Positions 49,511 through 61,190 of a stretch of 64,000 nucleotides of DNA are shown here, piece after piece. The stretch is from Parasitella parasitica NRRL 2501 (Eukaryota; Fungi; Mucoromycota), in NCBI GenBank assembly GCA_025201805.1, contig MU619334.1:1-64000 (forward strand). The letters are read 5' to 3'. The translations under genes were made by a program, and so were the position numbers. Within the stretch, counting starts at the first letter, position 1, and the number at the start of each line of letters is the position of its first letter. The notes below the pieces were generated by a model. It made no database searches. It was not told the DNA's origin and saw nothing but the letters and a program-made list of their open reading frames with translations.

Positions 49511-52216
49511 TCATAGGTTTGTTCTCTGGAAATCACTCAACCTGTAAACCGGTTCCTTTGCATCTGACTTCGTTGTAGGTCGAACTGTTGATGAAGAAGG
49601 ACTCATATCGCTCAATTTCAAAGAAACCTCAGTGGCTGTTTTTGGAGCTGTGCGTTTGTTGAGTTCGCTAAAACTAAGAATAGCCTCGGGTAGTTTCTGG
49701 GGCTGTGATTGTTGACTGGAATCAATGTGGGTGTTGCTGGCATCATTAAAGTCGGTTAAGCTGAATGAAAGTTCGTGCGATCTTTGTTGAGCAGGGGTAG
49801 GATGAGATAATTGAGGAGTAGCTCCATGCCATGTGGAATTTTCTTTGGGTGAGGTGCTGCTGTTCGATGTGGTTGTTTCTTCTTTCTTGATTCCATCTTT
49901 CTTCTTGCCTAGCACAGCAGCACTTGTTTCTGCAAATGACTTCCAACCAGCTGTATTACCTTGGACATTCGCTGACATCTTGTTCTTTCTAGAGCCTTTA
50001 ACTGATGATTTATTACTCCCAGTAGATGCCGAATCCTTAAAACCTGTGCTGCTCCAATCTTGTGGCTGCTGTCCAGTGCTTGAATCGTTGGCAGACCAAG
50101 TAGGCTGTTGAAAAGTGTCCCATGTAGCAACCTTCTGTTGTTCATTGTTCCAAGACGACCCAGTTTGCACAGGCTCGGGTGCTTGAGCTACAGTGTCCCA
50201 AGGCACTTCGGCTTGGATAGGTTCCTTTTTTTGTGTAGCAGTGTTCCAGGCTAGAGAATCATTGACGGGTTCTTGACGCTGGGTTATGGCCTTTGCTTCA
50301 TCGTTTTTAGAGAGATGAATGGTGTCAGACTTAGGTTTGGCATTCAATTTTGGCTCAATGAAATCATTTAATGGACCCCATTTGTATATTGGCTTTGGTT
50401 CAGACGCATGTGTTGATGGACTTGGTTGTCTATTGACAGCAGGTTGGCTCCAGGAAGATTCGGGGCACTGGTTTGAGGATGGTTCAGTCGATTCATTCCA
50501 TGATGATTTGGACGGAAATTGCTCAGCAGCAGATTGATTCCAAGAAGGTTGCTTGTCTGCGACAGAGTCATTCCTTGTGGAAAGCCCACCCCCAGCCACT
50601 GCTTCCTTGACTGGCTCTTCAATTAATTTAGCAGCTTGCCAAGAAGCAATAGCAGCCTCTTCCTCCTCCTTCCCAATTTTCGGGATGCCCTGTGATTTGG
50701 GTATAATGGCTTCAGGATTCTTAGAATCATTTAAAGGGCCCCAAGTATATACTGGGGCTTTTTCTTTTGGTGGCGACATTGTCTTTGCAGACGTTATAGA
50801 TGCTTCCGCTGTTATTGTTGTCGCTGCAGATTCACCGTTCCAAGGCACATTAGGCTCAGACGTCGATTCGCAAGGTGATGAGTTCCGAGCTGCATCTGCA
50901 ACTTTCTCGTCAACTTTCACGGGTGGCATATCGTCAATTGTTAATTCCTTGATTTCGTTTACTACATGATTGGTAGATGCAGATGTCTCCTGCAATACAG
51001 CCGTTTTAGGTTTAATCCAATCTTCAAGAATAGTGTCATCATTCAAATCATCATCAGGATTATCATCAGCCCACGAAATCGAAGAAGTAACGGGGAGTAA
51101 AGATGTAGAAGAAGAGGCTGCTTCTACTGTTGCTTTCATAGCCTCCTTAACTCGATGATCTGCAGTTTCGGCTACTACCTGAGTATCCTCTTCAACCGTT
51201 TTTTCTGCATTTTCTAGATAAACGTAAATCAGTGGTTAGGTTAATTTATCAAGCAACCATGTATGTTGTATAAAATATGCACCTTGAACAGGAGGTTTGT
51301 ATGCATTCCAACTTTCAATAGGTTGCTTAGTCTCGGGAGTCTCATCCGCCTCCTTTTGTGTTAATTCGTAATATTCTTGGTAACGTTTCTCCCGACTAAA
51401 GTTTGCCTTATTACCAAAACCGCCATTGCGTGCATCATCAAACTTGTTGCCTTCAAATGCACTGCGATTCAGTCTACCATTGGAGGTTTTGCTATCTTCT
51501 TGCCATGTTGTGTTACTGCGACGAAAGTTATTGTTGTCATCATAGCCTTCGCTGCTGCGATCGTTGCTTCCATAATAGTTGCCGTTGCCATGGCGACCAT
51601 TTTTGTTGTAGCGACTACTAGTATCGCCTCGTGAGCGGTTTGTTGTATCGGGAGAAGTTGCCCATTTGCTGGCGCCTGATCCTGATTTGAGCGACGGTTC
51701 TGTCGATGTAAATGCTGTAGTAGTAAATGAATACTCTTTTTGTCTTGTCGAGGATTCACTTGGGGCTGAAGAATATTTGCTGGCGCTTGATCCTGATTTG
51801 AGCGACGGTTCTGTCGATATAGATGCTGTAGTAGTAAATGAATACCCTTTTTGTCTTGTCGAGGATTCACTAGGGGCTGAAGCCCATTTACTAGCTAGGC
51901 TGCCTGCTAGAACAGGTTTTTCTTTCACCTTTGGAGATTCTTGATGTGCAACTTCTTCTTCTTGAGGTTGGTGGATACTCTCAACTTGCTTATTTTCAGG
52001 TTGATCTGATGTTTGTTCAATGAAATTCTCTGCGTCTGGGGTTGAGCTTTCTGGATGGTTTGTTGTATCGGTTGGAATAGACTCCCGAGCAGCCTCCTCC
52101 TTAGTTTCTTCTACAAACCTCTCATCTTGCGAATCTACAATGTCGAGCTCCTCATCCTCCTCAACGATATCAGCCCAAGACTTTCCTTGTGGCTCAAAAC
52201 GGAAAGAGTCCCCCAT
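49511..52216 (-). CDS. Large intrinsically disordered protein with dispersed Trp motifs; 2 exons (intron 51214-51282)
   Basis: ATG at 52216 (MGDSFRFEPQGKSWADIVEE). The GT-AG intron joins PPVQ|ENAEK in frame to the 542-aa ORF. S/T/E/P-rich, no globular domain recognised. Confidence 0.75.
51664..51885. repeat. 111-bp (37-aa) tandem duplication within coding sequence
   Basis: atttgctggcgcctgatcctgatttgagcgacgg starts at 51664 and recurs at 51775. Protein units: SKWASAPSESSTRQKGYSFTTTASISTEPSLKSGSSA and SKYSSAPSESSTRQKEYSFTTTAFTSTEPSLKSGSGA. Confidence 0.95.
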
Positions 52217-52606
52217 TAGGAAAAATAAGTAGATGGAAAGAGAGAAGAAAATGAAACAGACGAGAGACAAATGCACAAGAAAGACGTTAGGGAGTTTCAA
52301 ATGCCATGGCTCCTCGAATGCTAATAACAACGAGATGTTTTTCATTTCAAGTATTAGTGTTTTGAAAGAAGAGAAAGAGAGGAAGCAAACAGTATAAAAG
52401 GAGAAATCAATTAAAAAACATAAAAAAAAAAAGGAAGCAAATTGAGGTCAACTTGGTGGGCGTTTGGTATAAGTATCTGCATAAACAAGTTTTTCAGACC
52501 GCATTTGACAACTTGTCGACATGTAGAAAAACCTTTTATCAAAAAAAAAAGGAGTAAATATAATTAAATGCGTGTACAATTATGTAGTAAATGAATGATA
52601 TATAAA

Positions 52607-53878
52607 CTAAAAATTAGATACAAAAACAAGCTCTTGGAAACAATGTCCTTCTACTTTTGTCAGTTCATCGCCAATAGTGATTTCAGCGGTGGCTTTATCG
52701 ATCCATTGGTAAATGTAAGGCTTGACGATCAAAGATTGAACGAGTTTACGGATAACATAGGGGATCTCAGCCAAAACATCAATTTTCTCAATCAAGGCTC
52801 TGGGCTTCGTGGTCATGGTAATAACAACGTCTTTGGGCTCTTGGCCTTCTTCCTTGATCGTCTTTCCCTTCCAGCTGAATTTGATTGTTTGTGGAATATC
52901 ATACTGGGTATCTTCATCCTTTTGCAAATCCAAAAGCTCGACAGTGTTATCAATAGAGACACAAACCAATTTGTCATTCAACACCAGAGAGCCTTGATTG
53001 ATGTTGACGGAACCGTATTGCTTGGTTGTTTGGAATTGCATCATGGCAATAGACGCCTTGTCAGCCTGGAAGTTGACAAAATTCCAGTTGGATGCAATCA
53101 ATTGGGGTTGCATGCCTTGAATGGCGTGAATGAAGATACCATCGCCTTCTGTTTCAAAGACATTTTTATTGACGATAAAAGTACCCTTGACTACACAACG
53201 AGGCCAGAATTTGTGCGACACAAAGCCAGCAGCAGATGATTTGTCACCACCAAGATAAGTTTTTCCTTCGCCCACCTTGAAGCCACGATCAACACGTTCA
53301 AAGTCCAAGGAAACCACCAACTCTGGATGTGTAATGTTGATTTTGTAGAGCTTTTGTGCGGCATCCAGCTGAATATTGAAAAACTCGGTCTTTACCGAGC
53401 GTCTATTGTCCGAGAGCTCAAACTTGGACGACATGGAGATATTCTTGAAAACACTAGTTTTGCTTTCTGGATCATAGAAGCGACATGTCATTGTAATGGT
53501 GGGGTTCCAGAGGCTGAATATTTTTTTAAAATTCAGTGTCCCTTTCACTAATACATTCCCCCCTGACTTACCCAATGTTGGAGTGAATCAATTGTACAAA
53601 TGCGAAACCACCGCTTCTAGTTGTAACGTAAAAGACTTGATTCTCGGTCGATGAGCCTGAGGCTAAAGTCCAATCAAGATCGTGTTCATCAAGAGCAGTA
53701 TAAGCTTGGCCATCAGTGATGGTATCAGCTATAGACTTGATGCTGTCGACGGTGGTTCCTACACCAGTGATGTTGGAAACAGTGCTTGAAATTTGAGAAA
53801 CTATAGACAAGACGACCGCTTAGTTTTTGTTTCAGGCAATCCTCTTTTGTGTTTATAATACTTACACCAAGAAGACAT
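52607..53878 (-). CDS. SVF1: Survival factor 1 (Svf1) family protein, 3 exons
   Basis: TENQVFY...FAFVQLIHSNIG|LWNPT, GFKVGEGKTY, HKFWPRC, IHAIQGMQPQLIASNWNFVNF and IDVLAEIPYVIRKLVQSLIVKPYIYQW match Svf1. Confidence 0.9.
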
Positions 53879-54149
53879 TATTTTAAATTGGAGACAAGAG
53901 ATAATCAAGAGGAAAATGGAAAAAGAAACAGGTCATTTTGCTTCAGGAAGCTCACTTTATGTGACGTGATGGTTATGTTGATTGGTTTAGGCTTGATTCC
54001 TGTGTTCATCTACTATTCAAAGTCATTTGACGTTCTGAAAAGCCTTATTCGCAAGAGTTTCATGTAGTGATTGCAACTTCGAATCTAAGTGGATGTGGTT
54101 AATATCTAAAGACCGTTTAAGTTTACTTTTACAGAACTCTTCACAGTGT

Positions 54150-55590
54150 CCATTTGTGGTAAGGCTTTCAAAATGTCGCATGATACGATACAGCATACAT
54201 AGGCCAATGGCTCGGAAGAGGATTTTATCAATATAATGTCGAGAAGAGGATAGATGTTGTTGTATCGTATAAAACCAAATTTTCAGGGCAATATCTGTGA
54301 TATTTTTGCCGACTTCATGTTATATGCCAGAGGTCATTTAAGTAATCGCCATACCTAAATAAAAGAATTTCAAGACTTTTGAACTTTAATAACATATTAA
54401 ATATCAATCTCTTGTTTTTGATTGCTTCGTCGTTTCTGTTATGACTTTTGATTAGGGCCCGGTTTTATAGCTATAACGATGATGCTTGAAGTCTTCATTT
54501 ATGTCAGGTTTAAAAGCGATAGAAAGCACAGCTTTTGGCAAAACCTTATTTGTAAGACAATCACCATCAGAATCGCCTATATCAATGCAAAACTCTTTGT
54601 TTTCGCTATTTGGTATACAGAAGCATTTTTTATTACTCCATTGCTTGAACAATGATGTCTGTATACATATTTTTTGTAGGTTTGGGAAATTAAAGGAAGT
54701 GTCTCCAAGCGTTAAGCTATTATATCGCATATTCATCTGTTGCAGCTGCTGTACATTTGACTACTGATAGGTTACTTACAGTCAAACCTATTACTACCAT
54801 CAAGTAGCACTGTATCCACCTGGAGACATTCGTTAAATGCAATCATTAAAAACCAAGTGCTATCAGCATTAAATGTATTGAATGTATCCCTACAGACAAA
54901 CTGTAATATTCCAAGATGCTGACTGGCTCGCTTGATATAATTACTAGCATGATCTCTATTTATTTTACATGGTAGCTTAATCTGATACAAAGTTCCCTTA
55001 GATGTGTGAAACCTTGGCGTCGAGTATCCTATATATCTCGGCGACATGAAGCCTAATCAGACTAGGAAACTTTAGAATATTATCAAGAGTGAGTTAATTT
55101 GCTTCGAGAGATACTTGAGTCAATGATTTGCTATATTTTTGAAGACAAAGCTCATAGTATTTGTTGCCCAGTAAGCTAGGAATGCTTGATATACGTTTAA
55201 ATCGTCTCGTTGAGCATGGTAACTTGCAAAGTGCATTAATAACCATCTCCTACAATGACTCGTTGTCGATAGTGTATATGTTTGTGATCTTTGGACGTTT
55301 GTAAATCAATTTAGCAATATCTTCCAAGAGGCAAGCCCATGAACCATACTGAAAAGACCCTCTAAATCGTATATCGCGCACCAAAGAACCAAGTTTAACG
55401 ATGGTGTTGCTTTGAATTCGACTTGAAAATAAGCAGAAGCATTTCACTGAGCCTAGAGTAACCCTTCTATAGAGATGAGGTCTTTCAGCAATGAATCAGG
55501 ATGAAAAGACGAGAGAGCATTTAATCAGATCCCTCTGTTTCAAATTTTCAAATATTTTTAGTAATACAGCTTCATTTTCTGTCAATTAGT
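54150..55590 (-). pseudogene. F-box/LRR-like pseudogene
   Basis: The minus strand reads NEAVLLKIFENLKQRDLIKCSLVFSS*FIAERPHLYRRV (an F-box with the conserved Trp replaced by TGA at 55496-55498), then LGSLVRDIRF and later NFPNLQKICI. Broken into several short ORFs. Confidence 0.7.
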
Positions 55591-57659
55591 GTTTATCAAT
55601 AATTTTTCTTGTAGGTGTCAATTTGCTTAAATTGATAATCAATCTATCTTTATTAATTTATTTTGAAAATGTCATGGACACTTATATGTATGCCAGTGAT
55701 ATAAGAAGTGGAAAACAAGAAGGGAAGCAAGGATTTAATGAATTTCAAATTTTGACGATATGTATATATATATATGTATATATAGCATTTAAATTCCAGT
55801 ACTAATATTGAATAGTTTTATATCAAGCAAGACAGAAACTCGTAAAGAGATCACAATAAATTTAAGCAATGTTGTAGTGGTTAATCCAATCAGTAAAATT
55901 GTATATTGTTTTAGTTGACAGATGATCATGAGATACAGGCTAAAGTTCTGTACGCTGCACATTGTAAGCTTTATCAATTATGGATTCAAACTTGTTTGTA
56001 AACATAAATATCGAGTAGTAAGTGACAAAAAAGAAGGCCTGATTAATAACTACATCAATTATGAAAGAAAGGTTCAAAAGACTATTGTTGTCGAAAGAAA
56101 TTCGTACAAATAAAAGCCTTACTTTTTTTTTTCCTTCCACCTTTGTTTCTTCAAGTATATGAAATTATGAATTGGATAGAAATATATGGCTTATGAAGTC
56201 TACAGGACAATCTTTGGTGATAAAAGCCAAAGTTGACTTATAGCAATCAAACACAGAATTTTCAAAGTAATCCTCGAGTATTTAATATTAGACTATCTCT
56301 TAAAACTCTTTTTTTATACAATGATGTGCAGGTTTGGGGTTATGAATAAGATATATGATATAATGAGGCTATGCGAAGTCAGTGGTGAATCTAAGTGAAA
56401 TGCTTAATGTAGGAAGATGTTGAGATACAAAGATAAAATTGATGAATCGCCAAACAATGATGTTATTTTAAAAAGTTGAATTAAAACAAATCCACCAAAG
56501 GATTACACGCTATCAAAGGTATGTGCTATGAATACATTTATGTATAATGTCATTATTCTAGGATTAGCATGATACGAACTATAACAGATAGCTTTATTAT
56601 GCTAGACTTGTGGGGAGTAAATCAGAGTTATTAATGATTTGCATCAGATATCAATCAAAGTGGAATCTTGTTGTATATGATTTTGAAATATTCATTAAAG
56701 TATTTATCACAAACAAGGTGATAACAAATGTAACAATTACACATGTGCAGCGTATATAATTAATAAAAATATCAACCTTTTATTATTATAAGCACTTTAC
56801 CAGTACTGTAGCCCATAGCCTTGGATAACACAATTCAAAAATGGCTTGATACACGGCGTTTTTAACGCATTTGTAGTGAGATTTCTGATTCACTTGATTA
56901 TATTAATAATATAAAACTACTTTTTACGTTCATCTCATTTCAATAAAGAGAGATTTTAACGCTGTAATATAATTTTACATGCTTCATCACGATTTTCTTT
57001 TAAACGACCGAGTAATAGAAACGTGCTTGACATTTGAAAATCTTGTGATGATAGATCATGTAAGCTATCAATAAAGAGTGTATATTATACAGGTTAACTA
57101 AAACCTCGTTGCCTCTTTTTTCTTCTAAATATTTTACAAACCCAATGGGCGCTCACTATAAACAACAATCAAGTATTAGGTAAACCGTTTTACGTGGCAC
57201 ATAGAATAAACTACATGCCATAAGAGAGTTAGTGCTCATCAATAAGGTTTCCCCAGATTTTGTTATTATCCCCACATGCTTGTAATACAGTAAAAAAAAA
57301 CTTTATACCCGTAGTATACTTGTTCCTTCTTTTTTTATTTTTATACTATTTTATATAGTAAGCAGGTAGGTCTTTTTTGATTCCACGGCTCTAGATCTAT
57401 TCTTTTAATTCGATTTTCTATCTGAGAAAAACGAGAAGCTTCGTCGGGAAGAAAACACACGGCTAATTTATACTACATAGCCAATGACAAAAATCATTTC
57501 GCAAAAGTAGGGATGAAAGGGTCTCGCTGTGAAAAGCGAGAGAACCAATTGAAACATACTTCAAAGTGTGTATTTCTGAGAAAAATTAGTAATCGAATAA
57601 AATGTGGTGACACCAGCCCGATTATGGATCAGCTTTCTATTATAATATATAGATTAATC

Positions 57660-58720
57660 TGGGTAACTTGGGAACTCTAGTTTCTTTACTTTGGAATTAG
57701 GGGCGAAAAGAAGCTTTGTTTAACAAAGTGAATTATAGTTTTTACTCACGAAACTGAAAAAAAGGATCCAGAGGGACCTTCGTAAGTAATCTTTGTGTGT
57801 ACGAGTAGTGCAGTATGGGAAAATGGGAGTATCGAGTACAATTACACACACGTTTTTCATACCAAGTTCCCAATTTATGCCCATTTCATAATCAAATCCC
57901 CTTAGTCCCTACGGAAACAATCGGACGAAATAACTATATTTTTTTATATTCTCTGAAGAGTATGACAGCATGCTATATTAGTCCATGAAGAGTATATAAA
58001 GGTATAGATATACTAAATCACATAATGAATGAAGATAATACATCTAAAAACTACGTAATGTCACATCTGGTGCTGATATATTCATGCTGATTACTCATGA
58101 ACAATCTCTAAAATTAAAATATCTCCACTTTGTTGTATAGCAAAATAGGACCCTTCGATCCCTATTTACTACGCAAACACCGATGGGAAATGGGAAATCC
58201 AGGGAAATTTGAACTACGGGGTATTGGGTTTGATTGGGAAATCATTGAATGAGCATTTTAAGTTTCCCATTAAGTTTGTCTCTTTTCCTACGTCTTCTTG
58301 ATGTTCTTGATTGATCAACCTTGTTGTAATTTGCTTGGACTTTCAGACTATGATATTACCTTTCGCCGGGGATCGGAAAACATGGCCGTGAGAATTGCAG
58401 GCTTTAACGTCATCTCCGTCATTCCCATCCTTCTTCTAGTACTATGTATCAGTGCTTTAAAAGATTAGAAGTTCTGTTATTTGACAATCACACTCAAATG
58501 CTTCATTGAATTAAGTTTCCATTTATTATTTAGGTGGATATCGCAGATATCCCTGCATTTATCCTGCAATCGGAAAATTTAGAAAACATTTCCCGTTTGC
58601 AAGTTGGGATCTGTACGGGAAGATGGACCAAAAAGAAAAAATTCATGTGATGATGAACTGCTATAGGCGTCTTGCTTGTTTTTTGCGCAAAAGTTTTAGG
58701 TAATTGACGGGAAAAATTGG
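57660..58720. promoter_or_regulatory. Cluster of GGGAA/TTCCC motifs upstream of the WRKY-type gene
   Basis: TGGGAA at 57669, 57816, 58184, 58191 and 58235; TTCCCA at 57867, 58264 and 58422; CGTGAGAA at 58387; further A/CGGGAA variants. Confidence 0.4.
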
Positions 58721-58792
58721 TTATATTTAACATATGAAAAGACCCATTGCTCCCTTTTTTTTATTCATCTTTTCTTTTGTTTACACTAAATA

Positions 58793-59904
58793 ATGCTCAC
58801 TAGCAAGAGCCTATTATTATCCCCTTCTTCTCCATCATCAATCTCAAGCTGTCCTCCCTCTCCTCCAATGTCTTCTTCCTCTAAATCTTTAGATAATGGC
58901 TTCTCAAATCTTGAGAAAGTGATCTCCACATATGGAAGTCAACCTGGATTGCTAGAGCTTATATTATCTAGCAAAGTCGAAGAAGATCGCCGAAAAGCTG
59001 AAGAAGCGAAGCTTCGTAGAAAAGAAATTGATTTTATGCTTCAAAAGCAAGAGCAACAGCAACCTCTGCAAGGTCCTGAAAAGACATTATTACCACCCAT
59101 TCCACACAGAAGGGATTTGCTCTCCCCCGTAAATTCAAGCGGCTTCAACGATTCAACGTTACCGCGGTTACAACAGCATCATAACTTAAATCAATTTCCA
59201 TGGAAAAAATCAGACTCTAATTCTTCCGTAAAGAGAAGAAGCAGCAATAGCATTGAAGCCTTACTAAGCCCATCTCCAAATCCATCAGATTTAAAATTGC
59301 CCGAGCTTTCTTCAACCCCATCGTCCTCATCCTCTTCGTCTACCGTTCGAAGCACCTGCCAACTTCCGTGAGTATATACATTTTGAAAATGAAACATCCT
59401 TTATGTAACTAAATCACTTTTGTTTTTTTCACTTATCCTAGTTATCCTACCAACAAACGCTCTCGGTCTATTTGCTCATTTGAAGAAGACCACGAATGCC
59501 CTACTGTTGGCCGTGCTCCTCCATCTCCTCCTATCGAATCTGCTACGACCACTAGTACTACTAATATTACAAAGCGTCGTCGACGAGAAATGCAGGCAAT
59601 TTCTACTATAATCGAAACAAGAGACTTTCCCTATAATGACGATTATCTGTGGAAAAACAACGGCAACACTGTCCATAAAAAAACAGGATTCAAAAGCATC
59701 TACTACAAGTGTTCCAACAGTGCAAAGGTTAGTACTACTTTATACTGTATATTCGCTACTCTGTTTGCTGACAAATAACGGTGAATTTAGGGCTGTCCTG
59801 TGAATAAAACTGTAATGTTCAGAGATAATGGAGAATATCTCATTAAATACAGAGGCCAACATTTGTCTGAGTGTAGTCGCATCAAACGTATTACCGACCT
59901 TTGA
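58793..59904 (+). CDS. Fungal-type WRKY transcription factor (WKNNGNT signature), 3 exons
   Basis: Spliced C-terminus DDYLWKNNGNTVHKKTGFKSIYYKCSNSAK|GCPVNKTVMFRDNGEYLIKYRGQHLSECSRIKRITDL* with a C-x6-C...H-x3-C zinc finger. N-terminal helix LLELILSSKVEEDRRKAEEAKLR. Confidence 0.88.
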
Positions 59905-60331
59905 TCAGTCTACCACTTGGACGTAACTGTATATAAATCTATGGTACATATATCGTGATGTGTATACCAGATACCCTTTCTATTCTTATCAAATCCACTC
60001 ACCCTGTAAAGCTTTATTTATTACGCTACTCTTTTCTCCCTTCTATGTAAATATAAATGCTAGATTTCAATCCCCCGATTGAAATAATGGAATAAAGAAT
60101 TATTGTAAATGTCTAATACATTAAACGGACGAGAAACGAACAGGCAGCAAGTACGAATGTCCAATGCAATAAATATTTTAATTTTGTGATACAAATGATG
60201 ATGTATGGTGGATATCCACATTAACACACTATTGCTCAGGTGATTTAAATAACATAGCTTTCCCATTGACCTTCTCCTTTTTCTTCTCTTTGCTTCTCTT
60301 TTGCTTTTCTTTCAAACAATATTAAAAAAAA

Positions 60332-60578
60332 ATGATTAACAGACCTAATAACGTACTTGCACACCAACGATACTTCCAGGCTCCTTCTAAAGCCCCTCTT
60401 TGGATCAAAGGTCCAAGAGACAAATTCATCGTTACAATTGTATTTGCTGGCCTCGGCGTAGGTGTTATTGGGTCTCTTATTGGCGCTGGAAAGTAAGTAC
60501 CATTCTCTATTCGACGTGTATTTCACTGTTGCTGATAACTATACATCTTGTAGAATGATTGTTGGAAACAAAAATTAA
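60332..60578 (+). CDS. COX7: Cytochrome c oxidase subunit VII/VIIa-like (61 aa); exons 60332-60492 and 60554-60578; not in ORF track
   Basis: MINRPNNVLAHQRYFQAPSKAPLWIKGPRDKFIVTIVFAGLGVGVIGSLIGAGKMIVGNKN*: N-x-V...Q-x-x-FQ...PLW motif plus a single TM helix. Confidence 0.85.
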
Positions 60579-61190
60579 ATTTGCACAGCATCCTATAAAA
60601 TAAAACGGGGTTCGCTTCTTGTCTTTGAGTCGACTTTTCTTGTTTCATGTGTTGTACGTTTGTTTGTTTATGAGTCGACTAAATAAATGGCTACTGGCTC
60701 GAAATAATAACCTGCTTTATGGATTGGAATATAATTTATGCTAGTCGACGGCGCATTTTAAGCGGAACTCAAGCTACAAAAGCGTATGACACGTAGATGA
60801 TGATTAGGGCAACTCAATTAATGCAACAGAACAGGATCTTGTACAATTAAGATGGAGGAATTATTCTTTCATGACAATTATGTATGGCCCATGCTTCAGG
60901 GTTAAAAAAAAAAATAAGCTGATGGCATTAGGTTTGTATTTCGGGGCACTTGCTTAAACACTGGGTATCTGAAAAACGTTTGGTGATGCATACATTTCAA
61001 ACCAAGTTTACGAGTGTATACTTGTATATCAGACTGGGCAAAGATCTGAACAAGCGTCTTTATTCATCATAAAGGAGAAAAATTGGTATATATCATAGTT
61101 TTTAAAAGCAAGTTTTTTGATTATTTTTGAATAAGAGAATGGGATATGTTTGTGTGCGTGTATAATGGATGTGCGTTGCAACAATGATTT

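Noticed and set aside
51664-51885. CRISPR-like repeat array
   Set aside because: An in-frame coding duplication with no unique spacers, in a eukaryotic locus.
58145-58165. tRNA-like TTCGA hairpin (also GGTTCGA at about 18058)
   Set aside because: No cloverleaf, acceptor stem or A-box can be built.
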